From assembly GCA_964016885.1 (NCBI GenBank), contig OZ024742.1:223758001-223822000 (forward strand): a stretch of 64,000 nucleotides of DNA, written 5' to 3'. This DNA is from Eledone cirrhosa. Taxonomy: Eukaryota. Position 1 is the first letter of the stretch; each line of letters opens with the position of its first letter. Of this stretch, positions 27,401 through 41,358 are shown in pieces. The translations under genes were made by a program, and so were the position numbers. The notes below the pieces were generated by a model. It saw only the letters and a list, made by a program, of their open reading frames with translations. It did not search any database and was not told the origin of the DNA.

Positions 27401-28244
27401 TATAAGAGAAGAACATTGATCACTGACTTTTTTCTTCTCACCCTTCTTCAACACATGGTCCAACCATCTATTTCTCTTTATAGCATTCATTACTGGCTCT
27501 ATTCATCTCACCCAGTCACTATTATCCTTCCTTAACACATGACCTAATCATCTCTTCACAACATTAGTCACTGGCCTTGTTCTCATCTTTTTTTGCAATT
27601 TAATGTTTATCTTCCTCTTTCTTGGTGGTTGGAAAATGGCTTGTTCTTTATTGGTGAGGAAATTTTAATACAGTATCGGAAGAATATATATACATTTATA
27701 TTTTCGAAAAGCTATAAAAAAAATATTACAGCTAAAAGCCAGTTACTAGTAAAGTACTAAATACAGAAACAATGCAGTGGACCATCATTATTACAGTAAA
27801 ACAAGGTTGACTTTGCCTTTCATCCTTACGGGGTTGATAAAATAAAGTACCAGTAATGCACTGGGTATTTGCTGGCCTTGTGCCTCAAGTAGAAACAATT
27901 ATTACAGTAAAACAATAAAGTTAGAAATTTACTTTGTTCCAACAGAGATGGATTTTCAAAGCTTTGAAAATTCATCTCAGTGGAATAAAGTTATTGTGTA
28001 GTCTTATTGTTCTACTGTTATATATATAGATAGATATATAGATAGATATATATATATAGATAGATATATAGATAGATATATATATATAGATACATACATA
28101 TATATATATATATATATGTATAACAAAGAGAGTGTGGTAAGATACCAGTTCGGATCTAGCTGTCGAAACAGCCAGAGCTCAGCCATCAGGGTCCTCAATC
28201 TTTTCATATATACATACATATACATATATATATATAGATATATT

Positions 28245-31200
28245 TCTTTATTAGCCACAGGGGCACAAAAGAAGGGGACAAATACAAAGGGGGAAGTTTA
28301 CATACAATAAAAACGTGTAAAATGTTATCACAAATGGAATTTAATAAGTTAGTTGATTTTCCCCAATAGAGGGAGACAGTTTATATGGGTAACACATACC
28401 CCCGAAAAAAAAATGTGCAACCCTCATCTCCAGGAGTACGAAGAGTTTGTACTCCTTTCCTCTCCTCCTCCTTTTCCTCAACCTACAGGCTGATATAGAG
28501 AGAAGGCCCATTCACTCGGGCCATTCTCGCCACTTTCACCCACCTTTCATAAAACTTGCTGGGGTACAGCACCTCTCTCTCCATCCTGATTCTTCTTCCA
28601 AAGTGGTATTTGAAAAAAAGAATCAGTTGTTGGCCGGAGAGAAAGGTGTCTGACCTCAGCCCTTTCAACCTTGTCCACCATACAACCTCTTTCGCCATAG
28701 CTATCACACAAAGGAAAACCGCCTCTCCTTCGTTTTTGAAGGAGGGTGGCGGTTTGATCATGACAATGGACTCGGTGGTCAACTGGATTGGTCCCACCCG
28801 CGACAATAGTCGTTCTACATAGCCCCACAGGTCAGTGACACCCGGGCAGTGTATGAATGCGTGCGTGACGCTTTCTTCATCTCGCACGCACCTCGGACAG
28901 ATCTTTTTTGCAGGGTCCCTGCCCGGGCGCCCATGTCTGTAGAGCTTGTCTCGAACTGGTAGAGCTCCTCGGTAGCACTGCCAGGCCAGGGACTTTTGGA
29001 AGTTGTCCATCGGGCCCGGGCGGAAGGTCCTACCGAACAGACTGGCCAGTTCATCTTCCTCTACGCCTAGAGTTTCACCGAGCGCGTCATCGCACTTGCT
29101 GCGGGCCAACCCTCTATAGAATGACGAAGTGGAGTCTCCACTGATCGCCGGGTCCGCCTGCCAGAGGGCTGTGAGCGCCTGAGCATATTCGATGTGCCAG
29201 TCGCCCATTTTCCTCGGTCTTTGCTTGACCCAGGACTGCAGCTCGGTCAGCGAGACGAGTCGTGGGAAGGCTCGCCTCACGAACGGGGCCCACACCGGTT
29301 GTCCGGTGAGGAATACATAGAGATGCCGCAGCCTGAGCGCGTGTTTGCACATCGTCAACCACGGTATACCCAGCCCTCCGTTAGAAGGGTGTTGGCAACA
29401 GATGGATCTTCTCACCAAAGAAGCCCGCCTCTTCCAAAGGAATCGGAAGAGCGCGCGCTCCATTTTGGCGAGCGTTTTGGCTGGACAAGGCACGACGGTC
29501 AAGCGGTAGTAGATGGCGGACGCTATAAAAGTGTTCGTCACCTCCGCTCGACCTTTCAAGGATAGTTTGCACTCGGCCCACTTCTGGGTGAGTGCAAACA
29601 CCTTGGCCGTCACTTCGTTCCAGTTCTTCTCCACCTGGAGGTCCGGACCAAACCAGACCCCGAGCAACTTTACCAGTCCTTCCGTCCAGCGTCCGACGAC
29701 GCCATCGGAAGGCATCGGTTTGCCTCTCCACGATCCAAGTTGCAAACCGATGGACTTGTTCAGCTTCGCTCCTGTGAGACTTTCGTATTCCTTCAGTAAG
29801 GTGCCGACTTCCTCGATTTGCGAGGCACTCGACACCATTACTGTCACGTCGTCGGCGCCGCTTTCCGCAGTCCCGGTTCCAGAGGGATGCCCTGCAATAG
29901 CTCCAGCTTCCGCAGTAGTGGCTAAGGAGTCAGTACGTAGAGAAGGGAGGAGAGAGGGCATCCCTGTCGAATGGATCGTGTAATATGGAACGGCTCCGAG
30001 AGGTAGCCGTTCACCTTGACCCTTGAGTAGAGTAGATGTTGCTGTTGTGCATTGCAGCAATCCAGCCCCTGAACACGGGTCCGAAGCCTGCCGCCTCGAG
30101 CACCGCATCCAGGTAACGATGGTCAACCCTATCGAAAGCCTTAGACTGATCCAAGTTGATCAGGGCCCCACCGAAGCCGGGTTTAGACCCTACCCTCTCT
30201 ATGATGTATCGCATGAGGTGGAGGTTGTCGTGTATGGACCTGGTCCGGATTGCGCATGTCTGCGCTTCTCCCACCAGGTTCTCGACGACAAGCGCCAGCC
30301 TCTTTGCCAACACCTTGGCCAAAATCTGTAACTCTGTGCTTAGCAGAGTTATGGGCCGGAAGTTGCCTATGTCATCCCCCTTATTCTCGTCCTTCCTGAT
30401 CAGTGTGACCACGCTCCCGGTTACAGAACTGGGAATTCTCCCATTCTGTTGCCAGTTGTAGTAGACCGCTTCCAGGAGACCGGAGAATAAGTCCGGCATT
30501 GCTACGTAAAATTGGTAGGGTAGACCGTCGAGACCTGGAGATTTGCGTTTGCCGCATTGGCTCAGCGCGTCCCCTATCTCAGTGGCTGAAATCGGCTTTT
30601 CGCAGAACTTTGCCTCGCTGTCCGAGAGTCGCGGTAGGCCTTCGAGGTATGGACTGAAATCCATAGCCTCTCCTGGCGACCCCCCCCCCTCCCGAACAGC
30701 CGAGCAAAGTGCCGCTGAAAAGCCGCACACATCTGCTTCGGCTCACGTATCACGTGTCCGTTTTGGTCCTTCAAAGACCGAATCGTGGACTTGTTGCCAC
30801 TTTTTGCCTCCGTCACTCGGGCCCAGCTAACAGCTTTGGCTCCCTCGTTTCCCAGAGCACATATTTTGCTTCTGACAACACAGCCCTCGTGCTTTGCGTC
30901 GAAGAACTGGTCCAAGGCCGTTCTCGTTGCTAGCATGTTGGCTACGTTGCCACTTCTACTTTATCTACCAGTTCCTTCTCGGTTCTATTTCTATCTAACG
31001 CTAATTCTTTACTAAAAACTATCGAGTCTAATCTAACTGCCCTCTTGAGAAAGTACCACCATCTGTTGTTGACAATGGTCCCTGTGCTGCTAATCCGTCT
31101 ACTGTAGGCTTTGCTTGTCGGTAACGACAAGTTCAGCTTCCAGTAGCCAGATCCTTGTCTATGGGTTCTATCAAGGTTGGCCATGCAGGTCACTAGTTTG

Positions 31201-31795
31201 TGATCTGAATAGGCAACCATGAACATTTGTGGACAGCTTAACATGTCCCTATCCTTATTTCTAACTAGAACCCTATCTAGGTACGATCTAGATGTTCCGC
31301 TACGATTACTCCACGTCCACAGTGGCGCAGTCGGAAAATCTAGTCGATATCTATCGGCCAGGTCAAATCGGTCGATTAACTGTTTGAGGCTGTTACACCC
31401 CCCTTTATCGGGACATGCTCCCACATAGTCCCAACGTGCATCTAGGATTCCATTCCAGTCCCCCACTAAAAGCAAGGAGCGGGACGTTCCCAGAAAAGTC
31501 TCTAGACGTTTGAAGAAGTCTGGCCGCGGTGTCCCGGATGGGGCATATGCGGCCACCAGCCTGAACGCTCCACCTTCACTACCGTCAACGTCTAGGACCA
31601 CCAATCGACCCTCCGGGTCCAGATGTACCGTCTGTGTTACGAGGCCCAGGTGTTTCCACAGCAAAACGGCAACTCTGCCCCCACCCCCCGGTTGACAGAG
31701 AGATGCGTAGATCTCAAAGTCATCGAAGATGGGGGCCAGCTGTCGCTCGCCGTGGATCCTGGACTCGCAAATGGCTACCACATCCATACTGTGCG
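28245..31795 (-). mobile_element. Tx1-like L1-clade LINE ORF2 (APE-RT-CCHC), 5'-truncated and decayed
   Basis: APE motifs VVAICES, LLLVGDWN, SYLDRVL, SDH, GYWKLN. RT motifs KSPGLDGLP, NFRPITLL, LDQSKAFDRVDH, IRQGCPLS (in an alternate frame with a stop), ADDVT. Zinc finger CPRC-x8-H-x4-C. 3' UTR with AATAAA at 28247-28252. Several frameshifts; no ORF1. Confidence 0.92.
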
Positions 31796-33589
31796 ATATA
31801 GATATAGATATGTGAAGAAGTCGGGACCTCAATGGCTGAGCTCCTGTTGTTGAAATGGCAGGAGCTCAGCTATGGGGAAACCGACTCCTTCATATTACCA
31901 CATGCTTCTACTCCAAGTATTGAGTACTCTGGTGAGTAAATGTCTAACAGATTTTTACTGCATTCATTCTAATACACACACAGAGTTTGACTTATTTTTT
32001 GTCATTATGCCCATATATACGACCAGCTCTTTCAGATGCAATAAAAAAAAATTGAAATTTCAAATGGAGAAGCTGGTGAACTGGTGCTTTAAGAACACAT
32101 GGTGATATATCTGCTATTGTAACACGAGATGACATGACAGCTGATAGTGTCATATCATTTGCTCCAAGAAAGTGCATAGTTAGTTGGCTGAAAGCAGTGT
32201 TCTGAGGTTGGTACAGAGGCAATGTATTTCAACTGCCGGTATGAAATTGACTTCAGGTTATGTACAGGTAAAATGACAAATAGAATGAAAGAAATAAGAT
32301 GGGAGAAGAAAAACGATTGAACAGACAAAATATATGCACAAAAATGTGTACACTGAAAACATTTACACAATGAAATAAGAAAAGTGTTAGAACAATATCA
32401 ATAATTGTTAACCAGAATGTCTTTAAAATCTCTGATGGAAGAAATAAAGAACATTTACATGATACTTGTAAAGGGCCATAAATTAAAGAGACACTTGAAA
32501 GATTGGTATCTCACATATATCCCAGAAGAGTAAACATTGGTAAAAGCATGACTGAGAATAACAATAAAATACTAGAGTCTCTTGGTCAGTGTCCAAGTCT
32601 CAGACTTGTACAGGAGCACAGACTCCACTGTGGTGATGAAGAGTCTTTATATACAAGCATGGAAAATAGATGTTAAACAATGATGATACACACATCCTGC
32701 TATTTCAAGTGTTAACCTAATATATTCCTTCCATATACTGTGCCGATTGTGTTATTTCTGTTTACCTTTTATATATATATATATATACACACATACACAT
32801 ACACACACACACGTATACATGTGTATAAAATATATATATTGTCTAACCCTTACTAGCAAGGAAAATGGACATTAAATGATGATGTATACATGCGCGTATC
32901 ATCATTATTTGCGTGTATCGTCATTATTTAACGTTTATTTTCCCTGTTAACAAGGGTTGGACAGGTCTTCGCAGACTAAGTACTCAAGCAAAGTTACTAA
33001 ACTAGACAAGCCACAATCTGAATCTCACATATGGTCCCACACACTACCAAGTGCATTTTATTGTGACACTAGCACTAGAGAAGTTTTCATGTCTTTGACA
33101 CAACTAAAGGTCATCTCTTAACTTTTTGTTTGGTGAGCTTGCTGCCACCAACCACTTTACTCAGTGTGCATTGCATAGACAGTGGTTCTGTAAGCCTCAG
33201 GTAAAGTTGCCTGTCTAGGAAAGCAGTCACTCCAAATAAAATAAGATGTGTGTTCTGTAAGCCATAGTAGAAGCAACCTGTATATGAGAGAAGTCATTCA
33301 GAATAAAAATCTGTTACAGACAACTGCCAGTTTGACTTCTTACTTGTCAGACAAGATAGACAGATGGTTATTAATGCTAAGACTTGCCATAGAGAAGACT
33401 GCCCCCACCCAACATAAGTTAGTTGAGCTGGAACAAGGCATGCAAGAAAATATTGAGATGGAGAATATGGAAGGTAAAGAACCTTTTTGTTAAATATAGG
33501 TTTAGAAAAGATCTACGGGATGCATATGATGAGAAATGAGACGAATTAGATACATATGACATAGAAGACAGTTAAAAATTCTTACGTTA

Positions 33590-35360
33590 TAACCTAATGC
33601 GAACTACTGATGAGACTTGCGGCTGGAACAAAGCACCAGCCAGACAGAGGGTGACCTGGTGGTGGAACACACAGTGAATAGAGCCATTAAGGCCAAGAGA
33701 CAAGTGTGAAAAGATTGCAAAATTGCAGACAGCAGACACCAGTATCAGATAGCTAAAAGAGAAGCTAGATGACAAGTATACATAGCACATAAAGAGGCTG
33801 AAAGAAGGAAGTTTGCAATATTTTGCAACATGAGAATCAGAGACGTGAGGTGTTCTGCATTGCAAAGCAGTGTGTCAGACTAAATCAGGTTGTTGTTGGG
33901 AAAAGCATTTGAAATGACTCTGGTACACTAAATACCACTGATGCTCAAAAGAAAGAGGCGTGGAAATGTTACTATGTGAGACTGATGAATGCAGAAAGAC
34001 TAACCCCAGATGACCCAAAAGAGAGATCAGCTATTGAAATTGACAGTTATAGGGTCAAAGAAGCAATCAAAGAGATGAAGAATGAAGCTGTGGGGTCATT
34101 TGAGACAGTTGCCGAGATGCTAAAAACATTGGGAGAGGTAGAAGCTGAACTAGTCACTCACAGTCTATTAGGTAATTCAGGACGTAGTCATACCCAATGA
34201 CTGGCAAAGCAGTAGAATCATAAATTGCTACAAGGGAAAATGTGATGCTTTAGAAAGGAACAATTACAGAAGAATAAAACTAATGGACCAAGTTATTCAA
34301 ATAATTAGTATAGCTAATTAGGGAAAAAGTTAAATTAGACAAGATGCAGTTAAGTTTTGTGCCTGGGAGAAATACAACAGATGCACGCCCACTAGTGAGA
34401 CAAGAGAAGTTCCTAACCGATAATAAGCCCCTATATTTAGCTTTTATTGATCTAGAAAAGGCCTTTGACAGAGTACCGCAATCTTTCATCTGGTGGTTCT
34501 TGAATGGTTTGTTAGAGCAGTGCAAGCCATGTACAGAGGAGCTGTCAGTAAAGTGAGAGTAAGAAAGGAGTTTAGTGAGGGATTCAAGGTACAGGTAGGA
34601 GTTTATCAGTATTCAGTCCTCAGCCCACTTCTGTTCATTACAGTTCTCCAAGCCATAATGGAGAAGTTTAAGACTGGCTGTCCCTGGGAATTTCTTTATG
34701 CTGATGATTTAGTTTATATAGCTGAATCCATAGAACTATAGAATAAGTTCTGACTGTGGAAACAGAATTTAGAATTAAACGGGCTGAGATTAAACTTAGT
34801 GAAAACTAAAGTGTCAGTAAGTAAAAAAGAAGTCAGGACCCTGATCCCATCAAGGAAGTGACCCTATTTGATGTGCATAAAAGGAGTAGATAGAAACTCT
34901 ATACAATGTACACAATGCAAATCTTAGATACACAAGAGGTGTAGTGGGATAGCAGGCAGACTACATATGTAATAGATGTACAGGTGTAAGTAATAGTAAG
35001 AGAGTCAGTCATAATCCTTTTCGAATCCCATGAAGGATCCATTGAAGTGGTTGAGAGCTTCTCGTACCTAGATGATCAAATTTGCAGTCGAGGAGGGTGC
35101 TTCAAGAGCATAGCAGCTAAAATAAGGATAGGATGGAAGAAGTTTAGAAAGCTACTCCCTCTATTGAAAAAAAGGTTTTCCCCTTTAAACTAAAGGATGG
35201 CTGTATGACGTTTATGTGAAGTTACAAGAAATCCCAGTGGAAGGAAGCTGCAAAAGAAGAAGACAAAGTAAGACCAGGACAGATGTAGTGAGAGCTGATC
35301 TCAGATCGCTGACACCCACAGAGTAGATGATGAAGAAACACGATGAGTAGAGAGATATTT
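33590..35360 (+). mobile_element. RTE LINE, decayed RT fragment
   Basis: FIDLEKAFDRVP, VQVGVYQYSVLSPLLF, LYADDLV, with many stops. Confidence 0.85.
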
Positions 35361-35374
35361 TGCTATATATATGC

Positions 35375-36197
35375 AAACATAAAGTGTTGATAAGTAGAAA
35401 ATAGGACTAAACTCTGATTCCGTCAGGGAAATGGCCATGTTCGATATGCAGAAAAGGAACTGGCATAAATTCTATAAAATGTACACAATACAGATCTTGG
35501 GTTCACAAGAGATGTAGTGGGATAGCAGGCAAACTAACAGGTAGGGAAAAATACATATGCAGTAAGTAGATGTACAGGGAAATTTGACAGTAAAAGTCAC
35601 ATTTCTCAAATGCAGGTAGGTTCTATAGAAGTGGTTGATAGCTTCCGGTACCTAGGTGATCAGATTAGCATGGAAGGGGGGTGTTCCAAGGCTATAGTAT
35701 CTAGAATAAGGACGGGTTGGAAGAAGTTTAGGGAGCTGCTTCCTCTGCCGACAAAGAAGTTCTCCCTGTGTACAAAAGGCCAGTTATGGTAGTGAGACAT
35801 GGACAACAACTGCAGAGGATATGCGACGGCTAGAGAGAAATGAAGCAAGCATGCTCCGTTGGATGTGCAATGTCAATGTATGTGAACGACCGAGCATGGA
35901 TGTGTTGAGAGAGAAACTGTGTTTAAGAGGGATAAGCTGTAGAACACTGCAATGATATGGACATGTGATGCGCATGGAGGATGACCATTGAGTAAAGAAG
36001 TGCCAAGAAATGCCAGTAGAAGGAAGACGCAGTAGAGGAAGACCACAAAAAACATGGGTGGAGGTGGTGAAAACAGACCTCAGATCGCTGAAACTCACGG
36101 AAGAGATGACGAAGGACCATGACAAGTGGAGAGATGCTGTGCTGAATAGGACCCGTCCCACCCTTGCAAGCAGGGAAAAGCGGACCTATGATGATGA
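35375..36197 (+). mobile_element. RTE LINE 3' fragment
   Basis: VDSFRYLGDQI, GRRSRGRPQKTW, and tail cccaccettgcaagcagggaaaagcggac-type sequence followed by (TGA)n; paralogous to 37045-37840. Confidence 0.85.
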
Positions 36198-37044
36198 TAC
36201 ACATACATATCACTGTGGCTCTTTAAGCTACCACATGTTGTGCATGTTAAGTAAGTTATCATTAACATACCATAGTCAACTTGCTAATATATATGACAAA
36301 CTAATGCCACAGACCAAGTTTATCCCCATCTTCCTTCATAAATTGTGCTTTTTGTGCAGCTCCTTTAAATTCTGCATTGCAAATGTGCACTTTTTCAGAA
36401 ACCTCCACCTCATGAAATGGAAATAAAAATGAAAAATGAAATTTACAGCTTATACACATGTATCTCATAGTAAGTTTTGGGGATGTTTGAATGATAGGGG
36501 CCTCAGTCCTATCATGAAAAGGCTCACTCACAAACCCAATGTGCTACCAGGTCCAGGAATAAAGACCACAACCTTGTGATAAGTCCAAAATTATTGTCAG
36601 AGAAGCTGATCTGCTAGAGAACAGGTCACTGGTGGCAGATAGTGATACGGCCACTAGCTATGATGGTTTATTGTAATATAAAAAGAGTACAAAACTATTA
36701 GGCCAGGCACCTTTTCATTTTTATTTCACCCTATAGACATTTTCCCCATTGGCAGTAATCAAAAGCATTTCTTTCTAGTTGAATTTTTTTTTCCTCAATG
36801 ACAATTTAAAATAAAGATTAATTAAGGAAACTTAGGATTGTAAGTGATGAAATGTGGCTTGGATCTCTGAGAACCTTTGCCTAAGAGATAACTCACCACA
36901 CAAGGAGCAAGAATGGTTGAGTGTGCTGTCCAGGTAGACAAACTTATCTACTACTTACAGTTCTGCTCCTTCAGTTACAAACTTTTAACATATGTATTTA
37001 CTAGAGCATGTGTGTATATATACACACACACACATGTATATATA

Positions 37045-37840
37045 TAAAATGCACACAATGCAGATCCTGGGTACACAAGAGATGTAGCGGGATAGCAGGC
37101 AAACTAACAGGTAGGGAGAAATATGTATGCAGTAGATGTACAGGGAAATTAGACAGTAGAAGTCGCATTGATAGACACATTTTTCAAATGCAGGAGGGCG
37201 CTATAGAAGTGGTGGATAGCTTCCGGTACCTAGGAGATCAGATTAGCATGGGAGGAGGGTGTTCCGAGGCCATAGTATCTAGAATAAGGACGGGTTGGAA
37301 GAAGTTTAGGGAGCTGCTTCCTCTGTTGACGAAGAAGGGTTTCTCCCTGCGTACGAAAGGCCGGTTGTATGATGCCTGTGTGAGGAGCGCGATGCTGCAT
37401 GGTTGTGAGACATGGGCAGCAATTGCAGAGGATATGCGACGGCTGGATAGAAATGAGGCAAGCATGCTCTGTTGGATGTGCAGTGTAAATGTGCGTGAAC
37501 GACCCAGCATAAATGTGTTGAGAGAGAAACTGTGTCTGAGAGGGATAGAATGTAGTGTACGGGAGAGGAGACAGAGGTGGTATGGACATGTGATGCGCAT
37601 GGAGGATGACCGATGGGTGAAGAAGTGCCAGGAAATGCCAGTTGAAGGAAGACGTGGTAGAGGTAGACCACGAAAAACATGGGCGGAGGTGGTGAGAACA
37701 GACCTCAGATCATTGAAGCTCACGGTGGAGATGACGAAGGACCGTGACGAGTGGAGTGATGCTGTGCTGAATAAGACCCGTCCCACCCTTGCAAGCAGGG
37801 AAAAGCGGACGTAAAATGATGATGATGATGATGATGATGA
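37045..37840 (+). mobile_element. RTE LINE 3' fragment with open frame
   Basis: CTQCRSWVHKRC...FRYLGD...AMLHGCETW...RWYGHVMR...GRGRPRKTW, then stop and (TGA)n tail. Confidence 0.9.
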
Positions 37841-37878
37841 TATATATATATTTATATATATATATATATATATATTTA

Positions 37879-37912
<34 letters not shown>

Positions 37913-38435
37913 ACACAATGTGTCCATGATCCTTCCTCTCCCACTGCCCATTGTGTTCATTACAACAAATTAGAAATGAGAAAACGCATTTAAGATGCAA
38001 GCCCTGAGCCCATGAGAGAGCTTGTGTACTGACTCAGTCTATGATGGACTCTCCAACCCTTGATAGCTGAGGACACATGTTAAATGATAACAATGAAAGT
38101 AAAGGAGTAGTGGACAAATCGTAAGATATCTATACATATTTCTGAAATAATATTTACAACTCACATTTAGCTGATCTCCAACATAATTCTAACTCATAGG
38201 AGGTTTCTGAGATACTTTCTTGATAGGGATATCAGTCCTATCATGAAGAATAACATAAAATAAAGTATCATGCCACATAGTTCAGAAATTGAATCCAGGA
38301 CCTTATGATTGTAAGTCCACCACCCTAAACTCGAGGTCACAGACTTTCACTAAATATATGTGTGTGTGTGTGTGTGTGTGTGTACATATATACACACACA
38401 TATATATATATATATATGTGTGTGTGTACATATAT

Positions 38436-38495
<60 letters not shown>

Positions 38496-39289
38496 ACTGT
38501 AAAGTTCAGGAACAGATGTTATTGAGATCTCTGCTGCTGTGCAGTAATACAGATCTGCCTTCCCAATTGCATGGGTGAAAGCATACATCTATTACACACT
38601 TCTTTCCCACCCTGCAAGAGATAAGTCCCCCCACCCACCCCCAGTCTACACTGTAAGTCGTGTGTCACAACAAAAAGCACCCAGCCCACACTGTAAAGTA
38701 GTTGTTTTGGTGCCACGATAAAAAAACACCCAGTCCAAACTGTAAATGTGGTTCATGTCAGGAAGGGCCTCCAGTCATAGAAACCAATTGAATTTTTGAA
38801 ATTACAAAATAAAGAGAACAGGAAAGAGAAGTACATTACTATTCTTATTAACATCACAATTATGATTAGAAATTCTCTCTCCATATATATATAACACGTC
38901 TGTTCAATGTATATACAATATACATGAATATATCTAATAAATTGTAAAATATGAGTGAGGCTATCACAAGCAAAATTATCAGTTAGTACACATATATAGG
39001 TCCCAGTACAAGCTGTAAAGTGGTTGGTGTTAGGAAGGGCATCGAGCCATAGAAACGAAGCTAGAAACAGTTCTGTATGAGCAAGACATGGTCATCTGAT
39101 CTGACCCGTCTCACGATGGGACAAGACATTTAACCCACGCTAGCATGGAAAAAGGATGTTAAATAGTGATGATATGCATATATATATACCGAAGGACCAT
39201 GACAAGTGGAGAGATGCTGTGCTGAATAAGACCCGTCCCACCCTTGCAAGCAGGGAAAAGCGGACGTAAAATGATGATGATGATGATGA

Positions 39290-39945
39290 GTCGTCCATTC
39301 TGTGAGAATCAGCGATTTGAGATCTGGTCTCACCACCTCCACCCAGGTTTTCCTTGGTCTACCTCTACTGTGGCTTCCTACCACTGGTACTTCTTCACTC
39401 AGGGCATCATATGTTCGTAACACAGTTTTCTCTCTTGCACACCAATTCATATTCCTTTTAAACCCAAATTTTCCCTCAGTTGATCCAGGCTCTGCCTTTC
39501 TCTCACATTTACTTTACACAAACAATGAAGCATAGCTGCTTCATTTCTCTCCAGCCTAAGCATGCCCTATGCAGTCACTGCCCATGTTTCACTACCATGC
39601 AGCATCACATTTCGCACACAATCATTCTTTTGTATGTAGGGAGAAACCTTTTCTATCCAAAATTGGGAGTAGCTTTCTAAACTTCTTCCATCTTATCCTA
39701 ACTATTATGCTTACAGAGCATTCACCACAGCTAATTAGGTCACCTAGATAGCAGAAGCTATCAACCACGTCTATGGATATTACATGTTTTCTATATATTG
39801 AGCAGGGCCACTTCTCTGAAGGAATTAGGGTACAATCTTCTTTCTTCCTCACTAGGTCTTTAGTTTTGGCTTTGTTTACTCTCAGTCCCTTTGATTCCAA
39901 ATTCTGTTTCCATAGTCGGAACTTATTCTCTAGTTCTTTCATGGA
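39290..39945 (-). mobile_element. RTE LINE fragment
   Basis: ELENKFRLWKQNLESKGLRVN...PSEKWPCS...FCYLGD. Confidence 0.8.
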
Positions 39946-40027
39946 CTCTGTGTGTGAGTGTGTATTGTTGCCGGAATGTGTGGTTGTAACTACTAAAGAA
40001 AAAGCCCCCAATATATAATCATAGAGG

Positions 40028-40075
<48 letters not shown>

Positions 40076-40333
40076 TACACACACGTACTGACAAGGAGAA
40101 GGAGCTAAGGTGAATTACTAGCACCTTAAAACCCTTTGCACCAAATAGACAGAACAGCCATGGCCATGTGCCTTATGTTGGTGTGTTGACAGTGCTTGAA
40201 GGTGGAGCCTTAGACTTGCTGCTGGACTGAAAAGTCACCTCATTGCAAATGGGAGAGTTTAGACATGTAGGAATGACTGAGGTGATGTTGAGATGGCTAT
40301 CCTCTAAGATGAAGCAATTATCATATATGTGTG

Positions 40334-40383
<50 letters not shown>

Positions 40384-40431
40384 TACATATATCTTCACCA
40401 ACTTATTCCTAGTAACGTTACTTCAAAGATT

Positions 40432-41015
40432 TCAGAGGAACCTCATTTTGGCCGCTTGTATTCGCAATTGTATTCTTTCAGTCGTTACCGAAGTTTCACA
40501 ACCATAGGTAAGGATTGGAACAAGTACTGAATTGAAGGTAGCAGGTTTGGCTTTTACACCTACCTCCTTTCTGCTGATGATAGAATGCTGAAGCTGGTGC
40601 ATTAGTGCGCCAGCTACTGCAATTCTTGCACATAATTCAGCTTCCTGCCTTCCATCACACATGAACATGGCCCTGAGATACTTAAACTTATCCACCTGCT
40701 TCAGTAGGATTCCACTCACATGTAGAGTGTACTGTGCAGGCTTCCTTGAAAGAACAAGCATCACAGTCTTCACAGCACCGATTTTCATTTCTGCTGTGTA
40801 GCAATCAGCAGCAAACCTATCATGTAGATGTCAAAGAGCACCTGACAAGTTAAGTAGTACCATGTCATCTGCAAATTCCAGCCGACTGATCCTACACCCG
40901 CCAGTCTCAATAAAACTTTCAACCTGGCTGCGCATATCAATCCTGTGCATGAAGATTATGAATAGAAGAGGTGACAGTAAACACCCTTGGCAAACTCATA
41001 CAACCACATTGAATG
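40432..41015 (-). mobile_element. RTE-clade LINE fragment (second family)
   Basis: QVDKFKYL...AELCARIAVAG...PILTYGCET; upstream QGCLLSPLLF-like sequence. Confidence 0.8.
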
Positions 41016-41081
41016 GGATGGAAGTACAAAGGTTATGTATCCCAAGACCCCATGCATTTATATCTAGATATATGTATGTAT

Positions 41082-41113
<32 letters not shown>

Positions 41114-41125
41114 TAAGATATAAAT

Positions 41126-41184
41126 TTCTCATGCCAGGAATCGAACCCAGGCTGCCTGGGTGAAAGCCAGGAATCCTAACCACA
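41126..41184 (-). pseudogene. 5'-truncated tRNA-Glu(TTC) copy
   Basis: The minus strand reads gtggttaggattcctggcTTTCAcccaggcagcctgggttcgattcctggcatgaga. The anticodon arm (cctgg/ccagg, TTC) and T-arm are intact; the 5' acceptor strand and part of the D-arm are missing. Confidence 0.8.
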
Positions 41185-41204
41185 TTTATATCTGTATTTT
41201 TAAC

Positions 41205-41358
41205 TGCTGGTCAATCAATGATAAACACTGATTGCCAAATAAATTAACTATGGAGATATAAAAGATACAGAAGCGAAAACCAACCAAACAGTGAGTGTGT
41301 TCTGTTATTATTTCTGGCAATATTACAACAATATGACCCTCCCCAAGTATAACAATAT
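41205..41358 (+). mobile_element. Penelope-like pLTR fragment
   Basis: Homologous to 59945-60098; ends ATGACCCTCCCCAAGTATAACAAT running into TA repeats. Confidence 0.7.

Noticed and set aside
28483-31832. GC-rich island suggesting bacterial contamination or an intact active gene
   Set aside because: All motifs are those of an L1/Tx1 ORF2 with frameshifts and a stop inside the RT, joined to host-type microsatellites.
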